Origin: Chloroflexota bacterium
GTDB taxonomy: Bacteria > Chloroflexota > Limnocylindria > QHBO01
Assembly: GCA_005882055.1 (NCBI GenBank)
Contig: VBGQ01000095.1
Coordinates: forward strand, 1-41,815
Reading direction: 5' to 3'
DNA length: 41,815 nt
Below the pieces are notes generated by a model. That model did not search any database, was not told the origin of the DNA, and saw only the letters and a list, made by a program, of their open reading frames with translations. Made by a program: the position numbers and the translations under genes. Below, in pieces: positions 7,936 through 17,481 of the stretch (the first letter of the stretch is position 1; each line of letters opens with the position of its first letter).

Positions 7936-10900
7936 GTGAGTCGCCTCCGCGAGCTCCGCCTCCACGGCTTCAAGACCTTCGCCGAGCCGACCCGGTTCGT
8001 CTTCGATCGCGGGGTCAACGCCGTCATCGGCCCCAACGGCAGCGGCAAGTCGAACATGGCCGACGCCGTGCGCTGGGTGCTCGGAGAGCAGTCCAACCGC
8101 TCGCTCAGGACGCGCCGCGCCGATGACGTGATCTTCGCGGGTAGCCAGCAGCGCAAGCCGACGGGCCTCGCCGAGGTGGTGATGACCCTCGACAACGCCG
8201 ACGGCTGGCTCCCCATCGACTTCGCCGAGGTGACCATTGGGCGGCGCGCCTATCGGTCCGGCGAGCCTGAATACCTGGTGAACGGCGCCCGTGTTCGGCT
8301 GCGGGACGTGGTCGAGCTCCTGGCGGCGGGCCAGTTTGGCGCCAGCTCGCTGGTGATCGTGGGCCAGGGGACCGTCGACGCCGCGCTGTCGCTGCGGCCG
8401 GAAGAGCGGCGCCAGCTCTTCGAGGAGGCTGCAGGGGTCAAGAACCTGCAGGTCCGCAAGAATGAGTCGCTCGGCCGCCTCGTCCGCGCGGAGGAGAACC
8501 TCACGCGTGTCGCCGACCTGCTCGGCGAGCTGCGACCGCAGGTTCGACGCCTCGCGCTGCAGGCGGAGCACCAGCAGGAGCACGACTCGCTCGGACGTCG
8601 GGCTCGTGCACTGGTGCAGGAAGGGCATCGGCGTCGCGAGCGTGGCCTCCGGGAGGCACTGGGGGACGCCCGACGGCGCGAGGCCGCGGCGCTCCAGGCC
8701 GCCGAAACCCTGCGAGCCGAGCTCGCGGCGGGCGAGCAGGCTGTGGCAGAGGCCGAGGCTCGGTACTGGGAGGCGGAGCAGATGGCGCGCAGCGCAGCCG
8801 ACGCTCGCGAGGTGACGCGCGAGGCGGTCATCCGATTGGAGAGCCGCGGCGAAGCCCTCGAGGCTCGTGTGCGCGAGGGCGAGTCGCGGCTCGCAGCGGC
8901 GAGACACGAGCTCGCGTCGCTCCGGGCCGATGATGGGGAGGCCAGCGAACTGACGCGCGAGCCGTCGCTGGACGCGGCGCTTGAGACGGCCTCAGCGGCG
9001 GAAGGAAGCTGGCGCGCAGCTACCGACGCACTCGCTGAGGTCGACGCGGAGCTCATGGCTGCGGAGGAAGCGATGGCGGAGGCGCGAGCGGGGGATGCAG
9101 AACGGCTGGCAGCGGAAGCCCGGCGCCGCGAGACGATCGTGGATCTCGCCGCCAAACGGCAGCGGTTCGAGGGGGAGCTGGCCGCCGCTCGCGCGGGTCG
9201 GCAGGAGGCGGCGGAGGCCGTCGAGCTGGCCCGTGCAGACGCCACGCGGAGCGCGGCGGCGGCAGCGGAACGTGCCGGGGCGCTTGCCGTGGCCGCATCG
9301 GCGACCGATGCCGCTCGGAGCCACGCGGACGAAGCCCGGATGCGGGCCACCGCGATGGCGGAGCGGGTCGCGGCGGCGCAGGCGGAGCTGGATGCGCTGG
9401 TCGAACGGGCGGAACGCAGCGGGGCGATTGGCGAGCGGCTGGTGGCGTCCGGCTGGCGCTCGATGATCGACGTGGTGCGTGCGCCGGACGCCGCGTGGCC
9501 TGCCGTCGAGGCGGTCATCGGCGGCGAGCTGAGCGAGGCGCTGCTATGGCGCGACGCCGACCCCGGATCAGCCACCGCGGATGCCAGCGGCACCGTGCGC
9601 CTCCTCGACGGCCGACGACCACCGGACGCCGAGGAGCGCGACCGGGCATTGGCGGCGGTGGGTGCTCGTCGGACGCTCGCGGAATGGATTGGCGGCGACG
9701 AGACCCCCGGCATCTTCGCGCGCGTCGCGGTCGCGCCCGACCTCGGGGCGCTGCTCGCGGGGTGGCGGAGCCTGCCGGCCGGTTGGTCGGCCGTGACCGC
9801 GGAGGGTGACTTGGCCGACGGACGGGGCCTCGTGGCACTGCGCGGTCGTGCGGATCCAGCTGGCGGTGCGGCGGCGCGGCAGGTGGCGAGACGCCGACAG
9901 GTGAGCGAGGAGCTGGTTCAGCTCGAGCCGGACTACGCGAACGCGGCCGATGCCGCCGCGGCTGCGGTCGCGGCCGCCGCGGCTGCTGAGCGGCGCCGCG
10001 CCGCGCTGCTGCGTGACGCCGAAGCAGCGGACACCGAGGCTGCTCGGCTGGCCAGTCAGGCGGACGGGGTCGGACGGGATCTCGAACGACTGGACGCCGA
10101 CGTAGCCCGGCTGACAGCGTCCCTCGCCGAGCTCGGCGCGCTCGAAAGCCGGGGCGTCGCGGGCGACGAGCCATCCGCTTACGAGCCTGATCGCGGGCAC
10201 GAGGCGCGCGAGCTGCGCGTCGCGGAGGCCCGCATGAACCGCGAGATCGCCGCTGCGTCACATCGGGCTGCGCGGCAGGCATGGCAGGACGCTCGACAGC
10301 GCGCAGACGAGCTTGAAGGGGCGCTGGTCGGCGCCCGCCGCGGGCGAGCCGACCTGCTCGCGCGGCGCGAGTCGCTCGAGCGCGTCGTTGGCGAGAGCGA
10401 GGTCGCACTGACCTCTCTCGGGGCTGATCGCGAGACGTTGGAGGGCGAGCTCGCCGCGGCACGCGAGGGCGAGCGCACCGCCGACTCGGTGCGGACGGAT
10501 GCGGACCAAGAGCGCGAGCGGCTGCGTGCCGAGCTACTGACCCTCGAGCGCCAGCAGTCAGGAGCCAGCGGGCAGCTTTCGGAGCTCGATCGGGCGTACC
10601 AGGCGGCCACGCTGGACGTGACGCGCCACGATGACGCGCTGGCAGGGCTGGCGCGCGAGCGCGAGATCGCCCTGGAGGCGCTCAGCTGGGAGGCGGAGCC
10701 TTCGGGGCAGGACGGCGAACCTCTCGCTGCGCGCGCAACGCTTGAGTCCCCGGCAGTGGATCCCGACCTGGCCGCGGAGCTCGCGACACTCGACCGCGAT
10801 GCGCTGGACGCGGAGCTGCGCCGCATCCGGCGACTGCTGGGCCAGATCGGATCGGTCAACCCCTTCGCCGTCGAGGAGCACCGCGAGCAGGCCGCCCGCC

Positions 10901-11466
10901 TCGAGGATCTGTCCGCGCAGGAGAGCGATCTACGAGGCGCGATCGACGCCACCCGCGAGCTCATCGCTCGGCTCGACGGCGAGATCAACGAGCGCTTCGC
11001 GATCGCGTTCAAGGCGATCGGCTCGGCCTTCGACGAGTTTGCCCGCCTGCTCTTCGCCGGTGGGTCGGCATCGCTGGAAACCGTGGAGGACGAATCCGGC
11101 GAGGGCGTGGCTGGCATCGAGATCGTCGTGCGTCCTCCGGGCAAGCGACCCCAACGGTTGGCGATGCTGTCCGGCGGCGAACGTGCCTTGACCGGCGTCG
11201 CCCTGCTCTTCGCGATGCTCAGCGTGAACCCCGTCCCGTTCTGCATTCTCGACGAGGTCGACGCCGCCCTCGACGAGGCGAACATCGGACGCTTCGCTGC
11301 CGCCCTGCGCAAGCTCTCCGACACGATCGATTTCGTGGTCATCACGCACAACCGCGCCACGATCGAGGTGGCCGACACGATCTACGGAGTGACCATGACC
11401 GATGCCGCGGTCTCCAGAGTCGTCTCCCTGCGCTTTGCGGACCTCCCGGTGGAAGCCAACGCCTGA
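7936..11466 (+). CDS. smc: Chromosome partition protein Smc
   Basis: N-terminal head (GPNGSGKSN), long A/E/R coiled coils, a hinge-like centre, and a C-terminal head (LSGGERALTGVALLFAM, ILDEVDAALD). I used the GTG at 7936 (VSRLRELRLHGFKTF). Confidence 0.93.
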   Translation: MSRLRELRLHGFKTFAEPTRFVFDRGVNAVIGPNGSGKSNMADAVRWVLGEQSNRSLRTRRADDVIFAGSQQRKPTGLAEVVMTLDNADGWLPIDFAEVTIGRRAYRSGEPEYLVNGARVRLRDVVELLAAGQFGASSLVIVGQGTVDAALSLRPEERRQLFEEAAGVKNLQVRKNESLGRLVRAEENLTRVADLLGELRPQVRRLALQAEHQQEHDSLGRRARALVQEGHRRRERGLREALGDARRREAAALQAAETLRAELAAGEQAVAEAEARYWEAEQMARSAADAREVTREAVIRLESRGEALEARVREGESRLAAARHELASLRADDGEASELTREPSLDAALETASAAEGSWRAATDALAEVDAELMAAEEAMAEARAGDAERLAAEARRRETIVDLAAKRQRFEGELAAARAGRQEAAEAVELARADATRSAAAAAERAGALAVAASATDAARSHADEARMRATAMAERVAAAQAELDALVERAERSGAIGERLVASGWRSMIDVVRAPDAAWPAVEAVIGGELSEALLWRDADPGSATADASGTVRLLDGRRPPDAEERDRALAAVGARRTLAEWIGGDETPGIFARVAVAPDLGALLAGWRSLPAGWSAVTAEGDLADGRGLVALRGRADPAGGAAARQVARRRQVSEELVQLEPDYANAADAAAAAVAAAAAAERRRAALLRDAEAADTEAARLASQADGVGRDLERLDADVARLTASLAELGALESRGVAGDEPSAYEPDRGHEARELRVAEARMNREIAAASHRAARQAWQDARQRADELEGALVGARRGRADLLARRESLERVVGESEVALTSLGADRETLEGELAAAREGERTADSVRTDADQERERLRAELLTLERQQSGASGQLSELDRAYQAATLDVTRHDDALAGLAREREIALEALSWEAEPSGQDGEPLAARATLESPAVDPDLAAELATLDRDALDAELRRIRRLLGQIGSVNPFAVEEHREQAARLEDLSAQESDLRGAIDATRELIARLDGEINERFAIAFKAIGSAFDEFARLLFAGGSASLETVEDESGEGVAGIEIVVRPPGKRPQRLAMLSGGERALTGVALLFAMLSVNPVPFCILDEVDAALDEANIGRFAAALRKLSDTIDFVVITHNRATIEVADTIYGVTMTDAAVSRVVSLRFADLPVEANA

Positions 11467-12378
11467 TGTTCGGCCGCCGCCGCGAACGGCCTGGTGCCAC
11501 CGAGCCCGCCTCGGCGGCCGCTGAAGCTGGTCCTCCTGCAACCATGCCGCGGCCGGATCGGCCGGCACGGGGGATTGGCGGCCTGGGCCTGCGCGCTCGG
11601 CCATCCGGCCTGGGGGAGCGGCTCCGCAGCATCTTCGGTGCCGGGACACCCGCGAGCGCAGCCACTTGGGAGGAGATCGAGGAGGCGCTCATCGCCGCGG
11701 ACGTTCAACGAGGTTCGTGATCGCCTGGCGCGAGCAGGGTCCGGGACGTTCGAGCTCGGACCAGCGCCAGCGGTGCTTCTCTTCGTGGGCGTCAACGGCA
11801 GCGGCAAGACGACCACCATCGCCAAGCTCGCGGGACGCCTCCAGCGTGAGGGCCGCAGCATTGCGCTCGCGGCAGCCGATACGTTCCGGGCGGCAGCCAT
11901 CGAGCAGCTGCGGATCTGGGGCGAGCAGCTGGGGTTGCCGGTCATCGCCCAGCGTGCGGGCGCCGATCCAGGAGCCGTCGCCTTCGACGCGGTGGCAGCG
12001 GCCGAATCGCGAGGGCTCGACGTGGTCCTGATCGATACTGCTGGCCGCCTCCAGAACAAGAGCCAGCTGATGGCCGAGCTGGGCAAGATCCGGCGGGTCG
12101 TGGAGCGGCGGCTGCCCGGGCAGCCACGGCACGTCCTGCTGGTGCTCGACGCCACGACCGGGCAGAACGGCCTTGCGCAGGCCGAGTCGTTCAGCCGCGA
12201 GGCGAGGGTGACCGGCATTATCCTCACCAAGCTGGACGGAACGGCCAAGGGCGGCATCGCAGTCGCCATCGCCGACAGCCTGCGGCTGCCGATCGTCTTC
12301 GTCGGGGTCGGGGAGGGGATCGAGGATCTCGCACCCTTCGACCTGGACGCCTACGTGGAGTGGCTGCTGGCGGCCTGA
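11466..12378 (+). pseudogene. ftsY: Signal recognition particle receptor FtsY, reading frame interrupted (or sequence error)
   Basis: The N-terminal part is in frame 3 (11466-11720: ...GLGERLRSIFG...WEEIEEALIAADV, then a stop). The G domain is in frame 1 from about 11707 (NEVRDRLARAG...VLLFVGVNGSGKTTT, DTAGRL, TKLDGTAKGG). Spacing between ADV and GVNGSGKT is about 30 aa shorter than in E. coli or Thermus FtsY as I recall them. Confidence 0.8.
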
Positions 12379-12402
12379 CCCACCGTTGCCGCTCCCCGGG
12401 GC

Positions 12403-12414
12403 TGGTAGTAGGAT
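12403..12414 (+). promoter_or_regulatory. Putative extended -10 (TGGTAGTAGGAT) upstream of ffh
   Basis: The only AT-rich patch in the ftsY-ffh spacer. It is followed by two GC hairpins: GGCAGCC/GGCTGCC (12416-12452) and GGCGC/GCGCC (12453-12467). Confidence 0.25.
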
Positions 12415-12495
12415 GGGCAGCCGTTTCGCGCCGGAGGGGCCTGAAGGCTGCCGGCGCGCCTGGCGCCATTGCGAGCGTCCCTAGCGAGCGAGCCA

Positions 12496-13833
12496 ATGTT
12501 CGAATCCCTGAGCGCCCGGCTGCAGGGCGTGGTCGACCGCCTGCGCGGAAAAGCGAAGATCGCCGAGGCCGACCTCGACGTCGCGCTGCGCGAGATCCGT
12601 CTCGCCCTGCTCGAGGCGGACGTGAACTTCCGTGTCGTCAAGGAATTCGTGGCCCGCGTACGCGAGCGCGCCCTCGGCGCCGACCTCCTCACCGGCCTGA
12701 ACCCCGGCCAACAGGTCGTCAAGATCGTGCACGACGAGCTGGTCTCCACCCTTGGTGGCGAGCGCCGGCAGCTCGCGCTCGCCGGACGCCCATCGGTCCT
12801 CATGTTGGTGGGACTGCAGGGGTCCGGAAAGACCACGACCGTCGCCAAGCTGGGAGTCCGCCTGCGCAAGGAGGGAAAGCGACCGCTGTTGGTCGCCGCC
12901 GACGTCTATCGGCCCGCGGCTGTCGACCAGCTCGTCCAGCTGGGTGACCAGATCGGGGTCGAGGTGCATTCGCGCTCGGTGGGCACCCCGGCACTCGAAG
13001 TCGCGCGATCTGGGTTGGAAGCCGCCCGACAGCGCAACAAGGATCTGGTCATCCTCGACACGGCCGGTCGCCTTCACGTGGACGACGCCATGATGGACGA
13101 GCTGGTCCGGATCGCGGGTGCGGTCACGCCCGCGGAGACACTGCTCGTCGTGGACGCCATGACCGGCCAGGAAGCCGTCCGCGTCGCTGAGGCGTTCCAC
13201 GCTCGCCTGCCGCTGACGGGGTTGGTGCTGACCAAGATGGATGGGGACGCGAGGGGCGGGGCCGCCCTCTCGATCCGCAGCGTGACCGGCATCCCTATCG
13301 TGTACCTCGGCACCGGCGAGCGGCCCGACGGTCTCGAGGCGTTCCATCCGGACCGGTTGGCGCAGCGCATCCTGGGGATGGGCGACGTGCTCTCGCTGGT
13401 GGAGCGGGTGCAGGAGAACGTCGACCGCGAGGAGGCCGAGCGCGTTGCGCAGCGCATGATGGATGCGCGCTTCAGCCTCGAGGACTTCCGCGGTCAGCTG
13501 CAGCAGATCAAGAAGCTTGGACCGATTGGGCAGCTGGTCCAGATGATCCCCGGCGCGGGCCAGATGGCCGGCGCGGCGCAGGAGGCGGTGGACAACGGGC
13601 AGCTGCGACGCCTCGAGGCGATCATCGACTCGATGACGATCGAGGAGCGGCGCCACCCGGAGCTGATCAAGGCCAGCAGGCGCCGCCGCATCGCCACCGG
13701 CAGCGGCACCTCGACCGCTGACGTGAACCGGCTCCTCAAGCAGTTCGAGGAGATGCAGCGGCTCATGCGCTCGCTCGGCGGTGGACGTCTGCCGGCGGGG
13801 AACGCCCTCCGCGGCCTGCTCGGCGGACGCTAA
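12496..13833 (+). CDS. ffh: Signal recognition particle protein Ffh (SRP54)
   Basis: MFESLSARLQGVVDRLRG..., GLQGSGKTTT, DTAGRL, TKMDGDARGG and a Met-rich M domain. Confidence 0.95.
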   Translation: MFESLSARLQGVVDRLRGKAKIAEADLDVALREIRLALLEADVNFRVVKEFVARVRERALGADLLTGLNPGQQVVKIVHDELVSTLGGERRQLALAGRPSVLMLVGLQGSGKTTTVAKLGVRLRKEGKRPLLVAADVYRPAAVDQLVQLGDQIGVEVHSRSVGTPALEVARSGLEAARQRNKDLVILDTAGRLHVDDAMMDELVRIAGAVTPAETLLVVDAMTGQEAVRVAEAFHARLPLTGLVLTKMDGDARGGAALSIRSVTGIPIVYLGTGERPDGLEAFHPDRLAQRILGMGDVLSLVERVQENVDREEAERVAQRMMDARFSLEDFRGQLQQIKKLGPIGQLVQMIPGAGQMAGAAQEAVDNGQLRRLEAIIDSMTIEERRHPELIKASRRRRIATGSGTSTADVNRLLKQFEEMQRLMRSLGGGRLPAGNALRGLLGGR

Positions 13834-13839
13834 GCGCAC

Positions 13840-15327
13840 ATGCAGCGGCTGGTCATCGCGGCGACCACGCTGCTGGCGCTCGTCGGCGCCCTCGTGGTGG
13901 TCGCCTATCTCCTCATCTTCGGGGCGGCGACCGACCGCGCGTCCGCGATGGCCCCGGCGCGATCCCTGGCGTATGCCTCGGTGTATCTCACGCCCTCGAC
14001 CGGGCAGCAGATGCGCCTCGCGGATCTGCTCTCCAAGCTGCCCGGCTTCTCGGATCGAACCGCCCTGGGTGACAAGATCGACGAGCTGGCGCAGCGCTTC
14101 CTGGGCGACGCGGGCCTGGATTACCGGGCTGACGTCAAGCCCTGGATCGGCGACGAGGTCGCCCTGGCGGTCGTCGCCGAGGGAACCGGCGCGGGAGCTA
14201 CGAACGGCACCCTGGTGATCGCCGCGGTGCGCGACGAGGCCGGCGCGCGCGCGGCCATCGGACGCATCGTCGCCAAGGCGAAGGGGACGACGACCAGCCA
14301 GGACTACAACGGGGTGGCGGTTACGGCTGCCCGCGGCTCGGCAGGTGAGGCGGGGTCATTCGCCATCCTGCAGGGCATGCTGCTGGCCGCCTCTGACGAT
14401 GCCACCTTGCACGCGGCGATCGATGCCGCGCAGGGTCGCGCCACCTCGCTGGCCGGTTCCGATGCGTTCCGGCACGCAACCCAGGCGCTTCCCACGGATC
14501 GCCTCGCGCTGGCGTACCTCGACATCAGCGGCGTGGCGTCCCTCGGGGGGCAGGCGGCCCTCGCCTCGGGATATCACGGTGCCGCATTGGCTCTGGTCGC
14601 CCGCTCGGACGGTCTCGTGGTGACCGGCCGCGCGCCGTTCGACGCCACCGCTGCCGACGCGTCGGCGCGCGCCAACTTCGCACTCGGCAGCGAGCCCGCC
14701 GGCCTCCCTGACTTCATGCCCGCCTCGACCCACGCGGAGGTCGTCTTCTTCGGGGCGCGGCAGACCTTCGATGCGGTCGTCGCTCGGCTTGGCAGCGTGC
14801 CGGGCGGTGACCAGGCGGAGCAGACACTCACCCAGCTCCGCGCGCTGGCCGCATTGGGTCTTGGCATCGACCTCGATCGCGACCTGCTGCCACTCTTCGA
14901 TCGCGAGGCGGCGGCGGCGATCCAGGAGTTCGGCGGCAGTGTGGTGCGTGGCCAGGTCCTGGTGCGGCCCAGCAGCAGCGCGGCAGGCGTGGAGGCGCTC
15001 GTGCGTATCACCGAGGCGCTCAAGGGACGAGGCTCGGAGGTCTCGGAGACACAGGTTGCCGGGAGCACCGTGACGACCATCGGCGTACCGCAGGTGGGTC
15101 GCGTGGCGTGGGCGTCGCTGGACGGCGTGATCGTCCTGGGCCTGTCGGCGGACCGAGGAGGCAACGAGATCTACCTCGATTGGGCGGGCGTGCTGCCATG
15201 GCTCGAGGGCATGATCCAGCTACCCAGTGACGCACGCGATATCCTCACCCATGTCGGCGCCGCGGCCGTTGCGATCGCGACCCACGAGAACGAGATCCAG
15301 ATTCACGCGACGGTGACGGTCCATTAG
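13840..15327 (+). CDS. Membrane-anchored protein of unknown function (DUF3352-like)
   Basis: An N-terminal TM helix (VIAATTLLALVGALVVVAYLLIF) is followed by an Ala/Gly-rich extracytoplasmic region. The ...YLTPSTGQQ...LLSKLPGF...DVKPWIGDEVALAVV pattern recalls DUF3352 from memory only. Confidence 0.6.
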   Translation: MQRLVIAATTLLALVGALVVVAYLLIFGAATDRASAMAPARSLAYASVYLTPSTGQQMRLADLLSKLPGFSDRTALGDKIDELAQRFLGDAGLDYRADVKPWIGDEVALAVVAEGTGAGATNGTLVIAAVRDEAGARAAIGRIVAKAKGTTTSQDYNGVAVTAARGSAGEAGSFAILQGMLLAASDDATLHAAIDAAQGRATSLAGSDAFRHATQALPTDRLALAYLDISGVASLGGQAALASGYHGAALALVARSDGLVVTGRAPFDATAADASARANFALGSEPAGLPDFMPASTHAEVVFFGARQTFDAVVARLGSVPGGDQAEQTLTQLRALAALGLGIDLDRDLLPLFDREAAAAIQEFGGSVVRGQVLVRPSSSAAGVEALVRITEALKGRGSEVSETQVAGSTVTTIGVPQVGRVAWASLDGVIVLGLSADRGGNEIYLDWAGVLPWLEGMIQLPSDARDILTHVGAAAVAIATHENEIQIHATVTVH

Positions 15328-15363
15328 GCCGCCCGCGCCCACGCTGAGGAAGGCAGGCAAAGT

Positions 15364-15834
15364 TTGGCAGTTCGAATCAGGTTGTCCCGGGTAGGGGCCA
15401 CCAAGCGACCCGCGTACCGGGTGGTGGCCATCGAAGGCCGCAAGCCACGGGATGGCCGGTCGCTCGAGATCCTGGGCTTCTACGATCCATTGACCGATCC
15501 CGCGACGGTGAAGATCGAGACGGACCGGGTCCGGGCGTGGATCGGGAAGGGGGCACAGCCTTCGGACACCGTCGTGCGCCTCCTGCGCCAGGTGGGCCTG
15601 GATGCGAAGGGTGAGGCCTCCGAGGAGGCCGCGAAACCGCGAGCCCGAAAGACGCCGGCCAAGGCGACGGCACGCCCGGCACCGAGCGCCCGCGCGAAGG
15701 CAACCGCCAAAGCCGGATCGAAGGTCGCGGCCGAGGAAGCGACAGGCACCGCGGAAGCCGAGGCTGAGCCCGCCGCTGCACCCGAGGCGAGCGCAGACGG
15801 CGATAGCGATGGCGACGGCGAGGCATCGGCGTGA
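15364..15834 (+). CDS. rpsP: 30S ribosomal protein S16 with about 75-aa Ala/Lys/Glu-rich C-terminal extension
   Basis: TTG start; AVRIRLSRVGATKRPAYRVVA...FYDP. The low-complexity tail ends in a GTGA overlap with the next gene. Confidence 0.92.
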   Translation: MAVRIRLSRVGATKRPAYRVVAIEGRKPRDGRSLEILGFYDPLTDPATVKIETDRVRAWIGKGAQPSDTVVRLLRQVGLDAKGEASEEAAKPRARKTPAKATARPAPSARAKATAKAGSKVAAEEATGTAEAEAEPAAAPEASADGDSDGDGEASA

Positions 15835-16067
15835 AGGAGTTCCTCGACTACGTCGCTCGGTCGCTCGTCGACAACCCGGATGGAGTGGCGGTCACGGTGG
15901 AGGAGCGCGACGACGAGGTCGAGCTGACGCTCGCCGTGGATGAGGCGGACATGGGCCGCGTCATCGGTCGAGACGGCCGCATCGCGAACGCCATCCGAAG
16001 CCTCTTGCGCGTGATGGGCACCCGCCAGGGCGTGCACGTCGAGCTGGAGATCGTGCCCAACGACTGA
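15831..16067 (+). CDS. khpA: KH-domain RNA-binding protein (YlqC/KhpA, UPF0109)
   Basis: MKEFLDYVARSLVDNPD...GRVIGRDGRIANAIRSLL. It occupies the conserved position between rpsP and rimM. Confidence 0.85.
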   Translation: MKEFLDYVARSLVDNPDGVAVTVEERDDEVELTLAVDEADMGRVIGRDGRIANAIRSLLRVMGTRQGVHVELEIVPND

Positions 16068-16071
16068 GCGG

Positions 16072-16554
16072 TTGGTGGTGGCCCGCATCCTCGGCGCCAA
16101 GGGCCTGGCGGGGGTCATGCGCATCGAGCCGCTGACCGACTGGCGGGAGCACCTGGAGGTCGGCGCAACCGTCTTCCTGGAGGGCGAGGCGGAGCCGCGC
16201 CGGATCCGGACCGCGGAGTGGGGCGGGCGGGTCCCAGCGGTCGGGCTGGAGGGAGTCGCCTCGCGCGAGGAAGCGGCGTCGTTGATCGGCCGATACCTGG
16301 AGAGGGAGCCCGCAACCCTTCCCGAGGGGACCTACTACTGGCACCAGCTCGAGGGCCTGGCCGTCGAGGATCCATCGGGCGTGCACCTCGGCGTGCTGCG
16401 CGAGGTCTTCCGAGCCGGCGAGGCCGAGGTCTACCGCGTCGAGCTGACCGATGGCGGCGAGCTGCTGGTTCCCGCCGTCCGCGACGTCGTCCGACGCATC
16501 GACCTGGAGGCGGGCCTCATCGTGGTTGCGTACGCTTCCGAAGAGGTGCGCTGA
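16072..16554 (+). CDS. rimM: Ribosome maturation factor RimM
   Basis: [22 protein letters not shown]... with a PRC-barrel C-terminus, in the rpsP-rimM-trmD-rplS context. Confidence 0.88.
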   Translation: MVVARILGAKGLAGVMRIEPLTDWREHLEVGATVFLEGEAEPRRIRTAEWGGRVPAVGLEGVASREEAASLIGRYLEREPATLPEGTYYWHQLEGLAVEDPSGVHLGVLREVFRAGEAEVYRVELTDGGELLVPAVRDVVRRIDLEAGLIVVAYASEEVR

Positions 16555-16559
16555 CCGAG

Positions 16560-17312
16560 ATGCGCATCGACGTCGTGACGCTGTTTCCGGAGCTGTTCGA
16601 CGCGCCCCTGCGGACCGGGGTCATCGGTCGCGCGGTGCAGAGCGGGCTCGTGCGCCTGGACGTTCATGACCTGCGCGAGCACGGGCTGGGGCGCCATCGG
16701 TCCGTGGACGACTACCCCTATGGCGGTGGTGCGGGGATGGTCCTGCGCCCCGAACCCCTGTTCGCCGCGCTCGAGCCGCTCCGGCGGGCTGGCGCGATCG
16801 TGATCCTGCTCGATGCTGCCGGCGAGCGCCTGACCGATGCCCTGGCCAGGGAGCTCGCAGGGCTGGAGCACGTGGCGCTCGTCAGCGGCCGGTACGAGGG
16901 GATCGACGAGCGGGCGCGGACGCTCGTCGACCGCGAGGTCAGCATCGGCGACTACGTCCTGACCGGTGGCGAGCTGCCGGCACTCGTCGTGCTCGACGCG
17001 GTCGCGCGCCTTGTTCCGGGCGTGATCGAGGCCGCTTCGCAGCAGGACGACTCGTTCGCCAACGGCCTGCTCGAGTATCCGCAGTACACCCGGCCGGAGG
17101 AGTTCCGCGGCCTGCGGGTTCCGGAGGTGCTGCTTTCGGGGCACCATGGCGAGGTTGACCGATGGCGCCGCCGCGAGGCCCTGCGCCGCACGCTCGAGCG
17201 TCGGCCCGACCTCTTGGTAGACGCCCCACTCGCCGAGAGCGACCGCACCGAGTTGGACCACCTGCGCCAGCAAGCATCGGACCCGACGGGCACGCGCACC
17301 GACGAGACCTGA
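16560..17312 (+). CDS. trmD: tRNA (guanine37-N1)-methyltransferase TrmD
   Basis: [13 protein letters not shown]..., [33 protein letters not shown]. The upstream part of ORF 16218..17312 overlaps rimM and is not coding. Confidence 0.93.
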   Translation: MRIDVVTLFPELFDAPLRTGVIGRAVQSGLVRLDVHDLREHGLGRHRSVDDYPYGGGAGMVLRPEPLFAALEPLRRAGAIVILLDAAGERLTDALARELAGLEHVALVSGRYEGIDERARTLVDREVSIGDYVLTGGELPALVVLDAVARLVPGVIEAASQQDDSFANGLLEYPQYTRPEEFRGLRVPEVLLSGHHGEVDRWRRREALRRTLERRPDLLVDAPLAESDRTELDHLRQQASDPTGTRTDET

Positions 17313-17355
17313 CTTGGGGCACGCGCGAGCGCCGTTGCCGGTCTCTCAGGGCCGC

Positions 17356-17370
17356 TGCTATACTCCGCCG
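17356..17370 (+). promoter_or_regulatory. Putative promoter (TGCTATACTCCGCCG) upstream of rplS
   Basis: TATACT at 17359-17364 in the 169-nt trmD-rplS spacer. Same 15-mer as at 6773-6787. Confidence 0.35.
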
Positions 17371-17481
17371 GTCGCGGCCGCCATTGAGCGGTCGCGTTCG
17401 TGTGTCGCGGCCGCCGGGCCGCCGGCCGTCGATTCTCCTGATAACTGGCCAGCAAGGCCGCGATAATGAGGTTCCCCGATC

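Noticed and set aside
8250-9713. Very long antisense or out-of-frame ORFs. Examples are 8250-9713 (-), 16939-18267 (-), 30431-32128 (-), 37396-39354 (-), 23926-25365 (-) and 1711-2805 (+).
   Set aside because: Their products are Arg/Pro/Ala/Ser-rich low-complexity sequence with no recognisable motifs. They lie opposite or overlapping genes with unmistakable homology. Stop-poor alternative frames are expected in GC-rich DNA.
11494-11706. ATG at 11494 as the ftsY start, which would make ftsY a single intact ORF.
   Set aside because: That N-terminus (MPPSPPRRPLKLVLLQPCRGRIG...) has no FtsY similarity. The overlapping frame 3 encodes the conserved ...ERLRSIFG...WEEIEEALIAADV helix pair and starts at a TGATG junction with smc.
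12494-12506. A GTTCGAATCC string, like a tRNA T-loop, near 12498. A similar GTTCGAATC lies at 15370.
   Set aside because: Both fall on the first codons of ffh (ATG TTC GAA TCC = MFES) and rpsP (AVRIR). The flanks do not form a T-stem, acceptor stem or cloverleaf.
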